From positions 144,608-208,607 of the forward strand of contig JAVRCJ020000013.1 in the NCBI GenBank assembly GCA_034530875.2: a stretch of DNA of 64,000 bases. Reading direction: 5' to 3'. The first letter of the stretch is position 1. Each line of letters begins with the position of its first letter. The position numbers and the translations under genes were made by a program. Under the pieces are notes generated by a model that saw only the letters and a program-made list of their open reading frames with translations, was not told the origin of the DNA and ran no database searches. This DNA comes from Nostoc sp. DedSLP01 (GTDB taxonomy: Bacteria > Cyanobacteriota > Cyanobacteriia > Cyanobacteriales > Nostocaceae). Positions 20,183-30,244 of this stretch are shown piece after piece.

Positions 20183-22705
20183 CTATTTTGATGCTGTTTG
20201 CGTAGACATTGTTAATGTTCCGATATTGTATAATCCAGCTTGATTGGCAGGGATTTCAAACTGCACTACCTGTTGTAAATCACCAAGCAAACGGATTTCA
20301 TAGCGTCCTGGCTTTAACCCTGGTAATGCAAACTTACCTGCTTTATTAGTGAACAGCGTTAATGTTTGCCAATTATGGTCTGAAAGCGAAATAACCTTAC
20401 CAGATTGTAGGGCAACGGCTTTGCCATTAACTAATAGCAACTTGCCTCTGAGAAAAACTGTCGCATCTGTACCAACACGAATTAGCGTACCACTTTTATA
20501 ACTTGGTAAAACTGCATAATATTCTTGACCTAAATCGTATCCTAAAGGCAAATTCGAGCTATCAATTTTAATATTAGAAACGTTGTATGGTTGGAGATTA
20601 GGAATAATTGCCGGGCCTAAGCGATCGATGCGTGCAGTATAGCCATTTATCGCTGGGTTAATTCCAATAGTTTGACGTTCTAAGTTATGATGAGCCACTA
20701 CTAAGGCAAAACTATTTTCCACAGGGCGCGACCACCCAAAATAGCCATCAGCAAAGACTAAAGCTGTACCAAAAGTTAACTTAGTTTTATTACTGCTACT
20801 GCCATCATCCAAAGTAGATAATGCATGGAAAATATCAATTTTACCGCGATAGTTTGTATAAGATAACTGACCATTACCTTGATAAGTATTAGATTTTTTA
20901 GAAGCATTAATTGAACTGATAATTCCACCAATAGCTTCTCGAGAATTATAGTTCCAACTCATTTGATTATCTATTCCAGAATTAGCAATTTCTGTATTAG
21001 TACGTGTTGATTGTTGTTGTTGGGTTCTTAACCAAGAAAAGCTGACGTAAACACGTTGTTCATCTTGTCCAGTGCTATTAAGGCTTTGGCTGATATTAAA
21101 ATTAATCCCTAAGCCGTTTCTGAAGTTTTTTGACAGGCTAAGATTAATTGTACGCTTGTCAGGTGTATTACCATTGCCAAACTGATATCTGGCACTTAAG
21201 TTAGTATTAATATTATTAAATATTTTTTGTCCGTAATTAGCAGAAATATCCCAATTATACTTATTTTTATTAGCCTCGTCTCCCCAAGACATAAAATTCG
21301 AACCCTGATGTTCTATAGCAATATTGAATGTCCGCTGGGAAGGATTATTATTACCAAATTTAAAATAGTTATAACGTAATTTAACAGCGTAATCAGCACC
21401 AAGATTACTGGCATTACTAAGAGCAATATCCCAACCCAAATTCCCTAAAGAAGTTGCAATAATTCCTTCAATACCTGCCATCTGTTGTTTAGTATCGCCT
21501 TGTAAATATCCGCCCATTGTCAAATTATTAGATAAACCCCAGCGATGAGATAATGACAATGTAGGGCGTTGCCAGTCATAAGTATAAACTCCATTTTCTA
21601 CACGAGCAGGGAAACCCAAGCCAGAGGCAAATTGTTGTAAACCTGGGGCGAGTAACTCATTAGCCAGAGCAGTAGAAAAGTTAAGTCGAGAAACACGACC
21701 TACATTATCAGTAATTACTAATTGGACATCGTTAGCACCAACAGCCAAAGGTAAGTCGCGGATATCTTGTTTGCCAGCAGGTAATTGTAAGGTATCTACT
21801 AAACGATTGTTAACAAATACTTCAACTTTTGACTGAGTTTCTAAAAAGAATTCAAATTCACTGATGGGTCTTGTTATCCGATATGGCTGTAGCGAAAAGT
21901 TTTTCGCCACCGTAATTCCTGCCATTGGTATGCTTCTTTGATAGCCAGTAACGGGAGTAGAAACATCACCAAAAACATAGCGCAGGGAATTAGCGGGGTC
22001 ATCTTTAACTAGGCGCAAATCACCTCGTATTAAAGGAGCTTGTGCTCCTTCTGTGAAATTACTACTACCTTCTAATACCCAGCCTTTGACATTTACAGCT
22101 CCCTCTATATCCAGACGTAGCGGTTGACGTCCTAAAGTTGCCGCCTGGTTACCCGACCAAATAAACTCTTCCCCACCACGCAAATTCACATAGCCACTAA
22201 CTGTACTAGGACGCAGAGCATTTTCTGCTTCCGGAGGTATGCCTTGCTGTCGGGATTGGTAAATATTTGTTTTTCGCTGTGCGGGTGGAATCTGGATTTG
22301 TAACTCTAATGTCCGTTCGTTAAAGGCTGCTATTAAACCATTTTGTTGCAAAACTTCTAAGGAGAGATTGCCTTCAGTATCAACTGCTGTTGTCAGTTGT
22401 TTTTGTGTCTCAGGACGCACAAATTTGGCAATTTCTTCTAATACTGGTGTCGCTTGCAAGCGAACTGCGGGTATACCACCAGGGGACAACACAACGGTAG
22501 TCTGACCATTTTGTTGTCCATCAATGAAAAAAGGAACTATTACTGGTTGTACACCACTTGTTTGTGGTCTGCCAAAAACCTTTTTAAATAGTTCTTCTTT
22601 GTTTTCCTTAGTGGTAGTTGTTTCTGGTTGAGTTTGTGCTGAAATTGGAGTGGAAAATAGCACCAAAACACAACTTATAAATAAAATGATGTATCGACAT
22701 TGCAT
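20183..22705 (-). CDS. Fimbrial outer-membrane usher protein
   Basis: Signal peptide, 840 aa, beta-strand-rich. Usher-like SKVEVFVNNRLV...LPAG and GANDVQLVITDNVGR. C-terminal FTNKAGKF. Operon context. Confidence 0.85.
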   Translation of the reverse strand: MQCRYIILFISCVLVLFSTPISAQTQPETTTTKENKEELFKKVFGRPQTSGVQPVIVPFFIDGQQNGQTTVVLSPGGIPAVRLQATPVLEEIAKFVRPETQKQLTTAVDTEGNLSLEVLQQNGLIAAFNERTLELQIQIPPAQRKTNIYQSRQQGIPPEAENALRPSTVSGYVNLRGGEEFIWSGNQAATLGRQPLRLDIEGAVNVKGWVLEGSSNFTEGAQAPLIRGDLRLVKDDPANSLRYVFGDVSTPVTGYQRSIPMAGITVAKNFSLQPYRITRPISEFEFFLETQSKVEVFVNNRLVDTLQLPAGKQDIRDLPLAVGANDVQLVITDNVGRVSRLNFSTALANELLAPGLQQFASGLGFPARVENGVYTYDWQRPTLSLSHRWGLSNNLTMGGYLQGDTKQQMAGIEGIIATSLGNLGWDIALSNASNLGADYAVKLRYNYFKFGNNNPSQRTFNIAIEHQGSNFMSWGDEANKNKYNWDISANYGQKIFNNINTNLSARYQFGNGNTPDKRTINLSLSKNFRNGLGINFNISQSLNSTGQDEQRVYVSFSWLRTQQQQSTRTNTEIANSGIDNQMSWNYNSREAIGGIISSINASKKSNTYQGNGQLSYTNYRGKIDIFHALSTLDDGSSSNKTKLTFGTALVFADGYFGWSRPVENSFALVVAHHNLERQTIGINPAINGYTARIDRLGPAIIPNLQPYNVSNIKIDSSNLPLGYDLGQEYYAVLPSYKSGTLIRVGTDATVFLRGKLLLVNGKAVALQSGKVISLSDHNWQTLTLFTNKAGKFALPGLKPGRYEIRLLGDLQQVVQFEIPANQAGLYNIGTLTMSTQTASK

Positions 22706-22749
22706 TTTTTAAGAGTTTTGGTTTAGAGATTATCAACTAAAGAAGATTG

Positions 22750-23505
22750 TTACTTTTGTTGCTCAAAATTCAAAGTGGTTGATACTTCACCAACAGGTAA
22801 ACCAACAGGCCAAGGAATCACAAAGAGACGTTTATTTCCAGCAAGAATAACAGCGTTGTTTATTCCTGCTAGTTGTTCGGAGTTAAGCTGAACTGTCGTT
22901 CCTTGCACTTGAAGGGATAAGCTAAGTTTTTTCAAAATTGCGCGAGCATTACCTTCATTGTGTAAGGTAATAGCTAACTCATTGGCACCGTTGTTACCTT
23001 TTTGCAGTTTTACTGTATCTACAACTACTTTCTGTTGCACGTTTTGGGGGCGGATAAAAAGAGAACCCATGTAGCGCATTAATACTTTTACTTGGCCTAC
23101 AGGTTTTGTTTGATTAGCTTGATTCGGCTGCAATTCGATAGGTACTTGCTGTGCTACGAGACGATATGCTAGTTCTAAAGTTGGTTTGGGATCTCCTACC
23201 CAGGTTACGCGCACAGTTTGTTTTTCACCAGCTTGCAGCAAAATTTGTGGTGGATAAATCAGAAAGTCATCATCAGCATCGGAGTAGCTTTCTGTACCTG
23301 TGATATCCATTTGTCGTTTAACTACAGACATTTCTACTGCTAGCGATTCGTTGCCGTCGTTAACAATTTCATAAGACTGAGTTGCGCCTGAACCACTAGG
23401 AGTAAATACTCTAGAAATCGGCAGTAATTTGAATGCTAAAGCAGGTTGCACGCCTAAAATTAATAAGAAGCAAGTTAATAAAATGTGCTGTAATGAAAAT
23501 TTCAT
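22750..23505 (-). CDS. Periplasmic pilus chaperone (PapD-like)
   Basis: Signal peptide; IYPPQILLQAGEKQTVRV, ELAYRL, LHNEGNA. Confidence 0.85.
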   Translation of the reverse strand: MKFSLQHILLTCFLLILGVQPALAFKLLPISRVFTPSGSGATQSYEIVNDGNESLAVEMSVVKRQMDITGTESYSDADDDFLIYPPQILLQAGEKQTVRVTWVGDPKPTLELAYRLVAQQVPIELQPNQANQTKPVGQVKVLMRYMGSLFIRPQNVQQKVVVDTVKLQKGNNGANELAITLHNEGNARAILKKLSLSLQVQGTTVQLNSEQLAGINNAVILAGNKRLFVIPWPVGLPVGEVSTTLNFEQQK

Positions 23506-23661
23506 AGTATTAATGTCTCAAGAATATTAATGCGATCGCACTTTTAAACAGCGAACAGTATTACAGCAGATTTCCATATCTGCAATGAAACTGAAAACTC
23601 ACACAGCAAATCGGTGAAAATTTTTTAATTTATTAGAATTGCTGAAAATTAATCAGATAGA

Positions 23662-24129
23662 CTACTCGTTATCAACTACATTTAAATTCAGATTGCCACT
23701 ATAATCACCAGGGTCTTGCAACGCGGCTGGTTTGTATTTGATGTATAAATCTAGTGAGGGTGAATTTGAGGGGAGCGTGTAATCATTTCCCGATGGAGTG
23801 GAGAACGCAGCTACTCCAGGAGGAGCTGAACCTCCGGGAACTGTGGTAACTTGAAAAGGAATCGGAGTTTTACCGTCAGATTTTGCTAAATTCCCAGAAT
23901 TATCTGAAGTTATCCTCAAAGTAAAACCGTTAACACCAAATTCAGCGATCGCTAATGTTGCTACTTTTACGATGTATTCTAAGGTATTACCCTCGCCTGC
24001 TAGATTGAGATTGCTATTATTGCTGTTAGCAGATACCGTAATCGAAGGTTGGGCAAAAACAGGTTGCATACCAGCTAGAAGCAGTAATAAAGAAACTAAC
24101 TTCTGCTTAATGACCAATCTCATAGCCAT
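23662..24129 (-). CDS. Minor fimbrial subunit
   Basis: Signal peptide ending VFA. C-terminal PGDYSGNLNLNV. Paralogous to the 24549-25052 protein. Confidence 0.7.
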   Translation of the reverse strand: MAMRLVIKQKLVSLLLLLAGMQPVFAQPSITVSANSNNSNLNLAGEGNTLEYIVKVATLAIAEFGVNGFTLRITSDNSGNLAKSDGKTPIPFQVTTVPGGSAPPGVAAFSTPSGNDYTLPSNSPSLDLYIKYKPAALQDPGDYSGNLNLNVVDNE

Positions 24130-24490
24130 TTTTCTCTATTGAGTTTTATTTGTTTGCACGGAAGTTAGTTGATGTGCAATTTTTTTCACCTTCACTTTTA
24201 GAGAAGTATAGTTAGATAGTAACCTCTGTCGATAACAGAGAAAAAGCGTAAATAAGGAAATTGCAGAGTGAGATTTTTTTCCAAGTTGCACATCACGCCA
24301 AGCCATAATAGGGATTTTGTAAGGCGTTGTCGAATTGAGGGATAATAACAACTCGATAAAATTTCTCTCCCTGCCTCCCGTGTACTCCCTACCCAAAAAC
24401 ACTCTGTCTAAATTCATCCCACAGTTCTTCAACACAAGGATTGTTAAAGATTGCAGCTATGCTTTCGTGATGTTTAGCCAGTTGAGGATC

Positions 24491-24513
24491 GGGGTAGCGT
24501 TGTTGGCTACCCC
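24491..24513 (-). terminator. Hairpin downstream of the major pilin gene (terminator or mRNA stabiliser)
   Basis: GGGGTAGC-N7-GCTACCCC. No clear U-tract. Confidence 0.4.
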
Positions 24514-24548
24514 TACCATCATTTCTGAAATAATTATTGTGTTAAAAG

Positions 24549-25052
24549 TTAATTGTCAACAACAGTTAGATTAATTGTTGCATTGTAAGTGCCTGGGTCT
24601 TGAAGACTAGCTGGGGTATATTTGATAAATAGAGATTTCCCATTACTACCAACAGCGTTAGCTTGAGAAGTTGCATAGGTTAAGTCAGTACCACTAGCAA
24701 CAGTGAAATCTCCTGTGACAGGAGCAGATGCAGTACCGTCAACCACTTTTACTTGATAGGGGATGGAAGTTGCTGAGTCAGAGTTGGTTAAATTTCCTGA
24801 GCTAGCAGTTAATGTGTAACCTGTAGAGTTGTTGGTATCGATAGCAAGGTCAGCCACTTCCACGATTGCCTCGCTAGGGGTGGTCAAGTCGAGGTTATTA
24901 GCTCCAGCCGTAGCGGTAGCTGAAATCTCCAATGTAGAAGCAACTGTACCTGAAATTGGCACAGTAGCCGTGGTGCCTGCAAAAGCAGCAGGTACGAAGG
25001 CAGCACTAGCACCGAAAACTAAGGCAGAAGCTAAAGCAAAATGTAATTTCAT
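24549..25052 (-). CDS. Major fimbrial subunit
   Basis: GGAG RBS and signal peptide ending AFA. Ala/Thr-rich, no Cys, C-terminal PGTYNATINLTV. First gene of the operon. Confidence 0.75.
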   Translation of the reverse strand: MKLHFALASALVFGASAAFVPAAFAGTTATVPISGTVASTLEISATATAGANNLDLTTPSEAIVEVADLAIDTNNSTGYTLTASSGNLTNSDSATSIPYQVKVVDGTASAPVTGDFTVASGTDLTYATSQANAVGSNGKSLFIKYTPASLQDPGTYNATINLTVVDN

Positions 25053-25825
25053 AAAACTCCTCCAAACATCAACACTGGACTTCTTTGCTAGTAGGTAGTT
25101 CCTTTTGGGTTTAGTTCCTTCTAGCGAATAAATTTATTATTTATGTTTTAAATCCAAAACATAATCGGGGAACCTGATGATTTTTTTTACTGATTATTTT
25201 GATAGTATTTACTGTTATTTATATTCGTAGTTGCATAAAAAATACTTAAGCGTCTATTCTCTAGCCTACGTAAGTTTGAGAAAAGACATATACTAATCGG
25301 ATTTGGCTCTTGGATGACTCATACAGTCAGAGAACAGGAAACTATTAACGGAGAGCAAAAGAAAAACCTTTAATCCTTACTATGTAAACGTTTGCTAAAA
25401 CCAAATTCTGAATTTAAAATATCGTATTGCTGGTTGCCCAACTCTAAGTAGTGAATTTCCATCGCAGCAAATCTACTGAAAATTCTTAGAGGCTTCTTAT
25501 GTACAATTGCTAGAAAAAAAAATCTCCTCACTTACTTTTTTCTGACTTTGACTTAATTCGATGATTAAAGCTTTCATACTTTTGTGGGTCTAGAACCGTA
25601 TGAAAATCTAAAATTTGGAGCAGAAAGTATCAGGAGCCACAAAGCACCCCATGTTTCATATATTTTTTAGTTGTCAGTCCCGAAATCAGCCCCCAGTTTT
25701 AATATGCTAAATTTGAAGCGGGATAGTACAAAGTTACAAAGCTATGGTTCAGGTTCTATATCCCTGACCGGTGCGCCTACCCTTGGTTTGAGCGTATGTC
25801 GCCGAGTACTTGAAGCTAGACCGTC

Positions 25826-25901
25826 GTTTGATTAGCTCAGTTGGCAGAGCAATCGACTCATAATCGATGTGTCGCAGGTTCGAGTCCTGTATCAAACACC
25901 A
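25826..25901 (+). tRNA. tRNA with CAT anticodon (Met or Ile2), CCA encoded
   Basis: Full cloverleaf: GTTTGAT/ATCAAAC, GCTC/GAGC, ATCGA-CTCATAA-TCGAT, GCAGG-TTCGAGT-CCTGT, A73, CCA. Confidence 0.9.
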
Positions 25902-25902
25902 A

Positions 25903-25978
25903 AGGAAGTTAGCTCAATTGGAAGAGCGATCGACTCATAATCGATTTGTTGTAGGTTCGATTCCTATACTTTCACCCA
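25903..25978 (+). tRNA. Second CAT-anticodon tRNA, atypical acceptor end (possibly pseudo)
   Basis: AGGAAGT/ACTTTCA (A1:A72 mismatch), GCTC/GAGC, ATCGA-CTCATAA-TCGAT, GTAGG-TTCGATT-CCTAT, C73, CCA. Confidence 0.75.
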
Positions 25979-25982
25979 ACCC

Positions 25983-26055
25983 TGTCCGGGTTAAAAGACA
26001 CTACCCTGTAAAGGTAGCCAAATATGGTACGAATCCCAAAAGGTTCGAGACCCCC
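25983..26055 (+). pseudogene. Degenerate tRNA-Tyr(GTA)-like remnant
   Basis: TGTC/GACA D-like stem, anticodon arm CTACC-CTGTAAA-GGTAG, and T-loop-like TACGAAT and GGTTCGAGACC. No intact acceptor stem. Confidence 0.4.
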
Positions 26056-26471
26056 ATTTTCTCAACTCTGCGGTGCAAGTGTTCTGCTGTCTTTCATCAC
26101 TCCCAAGGTGGTGTTTGATGGCTACAGTCAAGGAGCTAGCGCAACTGTTTTCTCTTTAACTTGAGTATGTCCCTTCGTTTTCCACAGTCGATTTCTCTAC
26201 GGAGATTTTGAATTGGCAAATAGAACGGCGTATTTGAGCGCAGTTATTTTTCTCCACATCGCTGGAGAAAGTAACAGCAATCTTAATCCAGTTCTGGAGA
26301 AACTTTTGCCCGCACCTCAACTGTAAACACTTGCATTAGCAGAGTAAAAAAATCTTTTCCTATGATGTACGGCGCAAATTTAACCACTACTCCACTAGCG
26401 ATTGAGGGTAATCTAGGAAGGTTGGAAAGTGACAAGTCAGGAATTTGGCGATCGCCTACTTTACCTGAATA

Positions 26472-27491
26472 TTAAATATCACTGTAACCATAGCAATGCA
26501 AAGTTTGAGTTAGTGCCTGCTGGAGTTCAGAGTTAGCAGAATGTCTTAGTTGTTTTAAGACAGCGATAATTTCATCATCATTAGGGTAAATAAGTTGTCC
26601 GAGCTGTTTGACGTAATGAAGTTGGACAAAAGGTTTTTCATACGGCAGTTGTTGTATGACATACTGCTTGTAGCATTGTAGAAAGTGATTTTCAAAGCCC
26701 AATGCTTGCTGACACAAACTGCGTAAAAGTTCTCTAGAGTCGCTACTTTCTGGAACTAAATAAGCCCATTGCTTACAACAATACTCATATACTGATTCCA
26801 CTAGGAACGTCCATTCATCATTAATCCAAATGCGGTAAAATTCGGCGCAAACTCGTTTCCAACTGCCGCTACCAAAATAATTGCCAGTCTTAAGTAAAAT
26901 CAGTGCTTCTGCTGGAGAAAGAACATTAATGACTAAATCTTTGATGCCAATTTGAGTTGTGCGATCGCGCAGATACATCATGCGGCCATCATAACCATAA
27001 AACTCACCAACTGGTGAAGGATAGTCAAGAGGAAATGTTAAACAAGGAGGATTACCGCGTAACCGTGCAAACAAACGGTACTGTCCAAACATCGAGTCAC
27101 GGATATGGTCTTCAACAGGTTTTTTGGGAACGGCGAAGCGAATGTCTTCCCCATATATAAGCTTGCTGGCTGTTTGAAACCGCACCCCACCAACAGAAAA
27201 TAGATGTGCTTCATCAAGTGGAATCAGGTCTACTGCCAAGGCTGAATACCTTTCGCACTCTTGTTTAAAGGATGCAAATCGTTGTTTTTCTAAGAGAGTT
27301 TGTTGTTCCTTAAATACCACTACTATGTCGAGGTCGCTAGTTTCTACTGCCTCACCAACGGCATAACTGCCAACCAAATAGTAGCCACGAACTCTGCCAC
27401 AGAAAAAAGACTCGCCCAAATTAATAATTTCACAAATTATTTGGTCAATATCAGGGATATCACTTGAGTCAACAAGAGCAATATTAGTCAT
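26472..27491 (-). CDS. Nucleotidyltransferase-domain (Pol beta superfamily) protein
   Basis: YLVGSYAVGEAVETSDLDIVVV motif plus VDL. Likely start is MTNIA at 27491. Confidence 0.75.
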   Translation of the reverse strand: MTNIALVDSSDIPDIDQIICEIINLGESFFCGRVRGYYLVGSYAVGEAVETSDLDIVVVFKEQQTLLEKQRFASFKQECERYSALAVDLIPLDEAHLFSVGGVRFQTASKLIYGEDIRFAVPKKPVEDHIRDSMFGQYRLFARLRGNPPCLTFPLDYPSPVGEFYGYDGRMMYLRDRTTQIGIKDLVINVLSPAEALILLKTGNYFGSGSWKRVCAEFYRIWINDEWTFLVESVYEYCCKQWAYLVPESSDSRELLRSLCQQALGFENHFLQCYKQYVIQQLPYEKPFVQLHYVKQLGQLIYPNDDEIIAVLKQLRHSANSELQQALTQTLHCYGYSDI

Positions 27492-27593
27492 AGTGCTGAG
27501 GATAGTTACGATTGAGCTAAACACAGTAACAGCAATATCGATCGCTTCTACAGAAGCTTTTGCCCCCACACTAAACTGTAAACACCTGCGCTA

Positions 27594-27608
27594 GTAGTAT
27601 AATACTAC
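27594..27608 (+). promoter_or_regulatory. Palindromic operator overlapping a perfect TATAAT -10 box upstream of the slipin gene
   Basis: GTAGTAT-A-ATACTAC with TATAAT at 27598-27603. An extra GTAGTAT half-site lies near 27673. Confidence 0.55.
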
Positions 27609-27836
27609 AAGTGCTTAATGAACCCTTTAGTTTTTGTTTGTAGGTTTGTAAACTCTTATAAAGATAAAGGAAGTAGTATTTTAGACGGCTGCATCTAGAT
27701 TAATTCTATTTACTCCAGTACTTAAGCTGTAAGACAACGATTTAAATCACAGGTGGTATTTACTTTCAAGCAAGGTTATAAATGTCTTGATTAAATCTTC
27801 TTAGCTGGTTGTGTTAAGGTATCGCTCAAATTATCT

Positions 27837-29375
27837 ATGCAAATTACTATGTGGGAAAAATTTTATATTAAACCTAACGAAATTGGTATCCTATACCATC
27901 GCAGCGACTTCAAGAAAATTTTAGAGCCTGGTACGCATACTTATTTTGGTCGTCATTGGCAAGTTAAAACCTACGACCTCAACCAGCCACAAGCTCAGAT
28001 TGAAAACCTAGAACTATTGTTACGGAATCATCAGGCTGAACTACAACAATATTTACTGATTGTCAGAACCGCATACAACCAAGCGGCTTTAGTACGCTGC
28101 GGTCAGAATTGGGTAAGCGTTGCACCAAATCAATTGGTGGCTTTTTGGCGTGGTTTTATTGAGGTAGAATCTTATCTCTTCAACTTAGAAGAAAGTTTAG
28201 AGTTGCCTAGTTCTTTTGTGCAGCAACTACGTAAAATCAGCTTGAATGGAGTGAAAAAGTTCCAAATTTCGGAGTCTGAGATTGGTTTACTGTACGTGCA
28301 AAATGATTTTGTCCGACCTCTAGAACCTGGAGAATATGCTTTTTGGTCAGTAGATCGGGATGTTTCTGTACGGACTCTCAGCCGAATTGTGCCTAACCCA
28401 GACTTTCCTCTAGAAGATGTCCTAATTGAAAAACATCCAGATTTTATTGCTGCTTACTGCCAAACAGTGCAATTACTGAATTGGCAAGTTGCAATTGTGC
28501 GGTATCGAGGTAAAGTGATTTCTATTTTGCCACCCACAAGCCGCAAGCTGTTTTGGCAAGGTGTTGAGGTAGAAGTTATTGACATCAGCACTGATGCTCA
28601 GTTAGAGCCTCGCTTAGTGGCTGAGTTGGTTGAGGGTTCAGCAGATGTGAAATTGCTTAGTCGCAACTGTTTGCATATATGCCAAGTACCCGCACAACAT
28701 ATCGGATTACTATACATTAATCAAGAGTTTCAAGGACAGCGATCGCCAGGTATACACGCTTGGTGGTTATTTGGACGCTCCTTTCAAACCGAAACCATCG
28801 ACTTGAGGCTGCAAAACATGGAAGTATCAGGTCAAGACATCCTTTCTAAGGATAAAGTACCTCTGCGGTTAAATTTGACAGCTGGCTTCCGCATCCTCGA
28901 TCCGTTGAGAGCAAAAAGCGGCTTGTCAGATATTGCCGGCTTCCTATACAAAGAATTACAATTTGCATTGCGTGGTGCGATCGGCGAACGCAACTTAGAC
29001 GCCTTATTAGAAGATAAAGGTGCAATTGACAGAAGTATATCTGAATATATCCGCCAGAAAACCGCAGACTATGGAATCGAAGTAGATTCTGTAGGCGTCA
29101 AAGATATAATTCTACCTGGCGAGATTAAGACAATCTTGAGCAAAGTAGTCGAAGCAGAAAAAGCTGCTCAAGCAAACGTAGTCAGACGCAGAGAAGAAAC
29201 CGCCGCCACCCGCAGTATGTTAAACACAGCTAAAGTAATGGAGGATAACCCGGTAGCCTTGCGTCTCAAAGAACTCGAAGTTTTAGAACGCATTGCAGAG
29301 AAAATCGATCGCATTCAAGTTAATGGTAGTTTGGATAATATTTTGACAGACTTAATTCGGATTAATGGGCAGTGA
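27837..29375 (+). CDS. Slipin/SPFH (band 7) family protein with N-terminal repeats
   Basis: GQDILSKDKVPLRLNL, GVKDIILPG, RREETAATRSMLNTAKVMEDNPVALRLKELE. Confidence 0.85.
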   Translation: MQITMWEKFYIKPNEIGILYHRSDFKKILEPGTHTYFGRHWQVKTYDLNQPQAQIENLELLLRNHQAELQQYLLIVRTAYNQAALVRCGQNWVSVAPNQLVAFWRGFIEVESYLFNLEESLELPSSFVQQLRKISLNGVKKFQISESEIGLLYVQNDFVRPLEPGEYAFWSVDRDVSVRTLSRIVPNPDFPLEDVLIEKHPDFIAAYCQTVQLLNWQVAIVRYRGKVISILPPTSRKLFWQGVEVEVIDISTDAQLEPRLVAELVEGSADVKLLSRNCLHICQVPAQHIGLLYINQEFQGQRSPGIHAWWLFGRSFQTETIDLRLQNMEVSGQDILSKDKVPLRLNLTAGFRILDPLRAKSGLSDIAGFLYKELQFALRGAIGERNLDALLEDKGAIDRSISEYIRQKTADYGIEVDSVGVKDIILPGEIKTILSKVVEAEKAAQANVVRRREETAATRSMLNTAKVMEDNPVALRLKELEVLERIAEKIDRIQVNGSLDNILTDLIRINGQ

Positions 29376-29443
29376 TTTAGTCATTAAAGATTAAAACATA
29401 GGTATCAAGCCTGTTTTAGTTCTGTATTCTGAATTCTGCTATA

Positions 29444-30046
29444 TCAACCGCTTTGAAGCATCCAAACTAAAAATCCTAGAATTTGTTCTACAGGCGGAAG
29501 AGGATAATCCATCAAGTCAATAGTGACAGTATTATCCTCTAACTTGAGGAATCGCCATTGCGTTCCACTGCTGATAGAACCATATATTACGGGAACTGGA
29601 CGATTTTTTGCGGCATTAAATCTTTGTGCTGCAACCATTTCTGCAATACATTGTCCAAAGCCTGTTCTTAAATCAGCTTTTTTTGCTTCCACAATCACAA
29701 TTGCAGGCGCTTCAATTTCTAAAACTTCAGGCGATCGGCTCAAAAGAAAATCACATATTCCATTAAGTCCAACTGATTCATCAACTGTAAAATCTTCTCC
29801 AGAGAATAAGCTAACTTGCCGATTTAATATCCGCCTAACTTCTAATAATACTGGGTAAATAATTCCTTCTGAACGAGCTTTCTCACTTGCTGAAGAAGCA
29901 AGAGGCAGACTTTCTTCAAGATATGCTCTCAGTGTGATAGATGCTTCAATACCTTCGATTACAGGAAGAAATCGCCCGCCTTCCTGTGTTTTTAATCCGA
30001 AAGCTTCTTTCACTTTACTAATATTGGTAAACTGGCTGTAAGACAT
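29444..30046 (-). CDS. Restriction-endonuclease-like (PD-(D/E)xK) hypothetical protein
   Basis: SEKARSE, GICDFLL, IVEAKK, QCIAEM, YG...GTQWRF pattern. Confidence 0.6.
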   Translation of the reverse strand: MSYSQFTNISKVKEAFGLKTQEGGRFLPVIEGIEASITLRAYLEESLPLASSASEKARSEGIIYPVLLEVRRILNRQVSLFSGEDFTVDESVGLNGICDFLLSRSPEVLEIEAPAIVIVEAKKADLRTGFGQCIAEMVAAQRFNAAKNRPVPVIYGSISSGTQWRFLKLEDNTVTIDLMDYPLPPVEQILGFLVWMLQSG

Positions 30047-30244
30047 AAATACTCATTTTGATACAGGATTTTATCTGCGATGTAGCTTAACTCAATTTTA
30101 TCGACGCATAGATTGTGTAGTCGTAGGTTGCCGTCAACATTGCTCATCAAAGCAATTAAATTGTCCTTATTACCTACGAGCAACTCTATTAATGTATGGT
30201 AATTAGAAGATAATGCGTACTTATGCAGTAATAAATTTACCATC

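Noticed and set aside
24136..24574. Short ORFs between the pilin genes
   Set aside because: No signal peptide or pilin motif; likely intergenic.
25867..26118. 83-aa ORF
   Set aside because: It overlaps the tRNA genes; an artefact.
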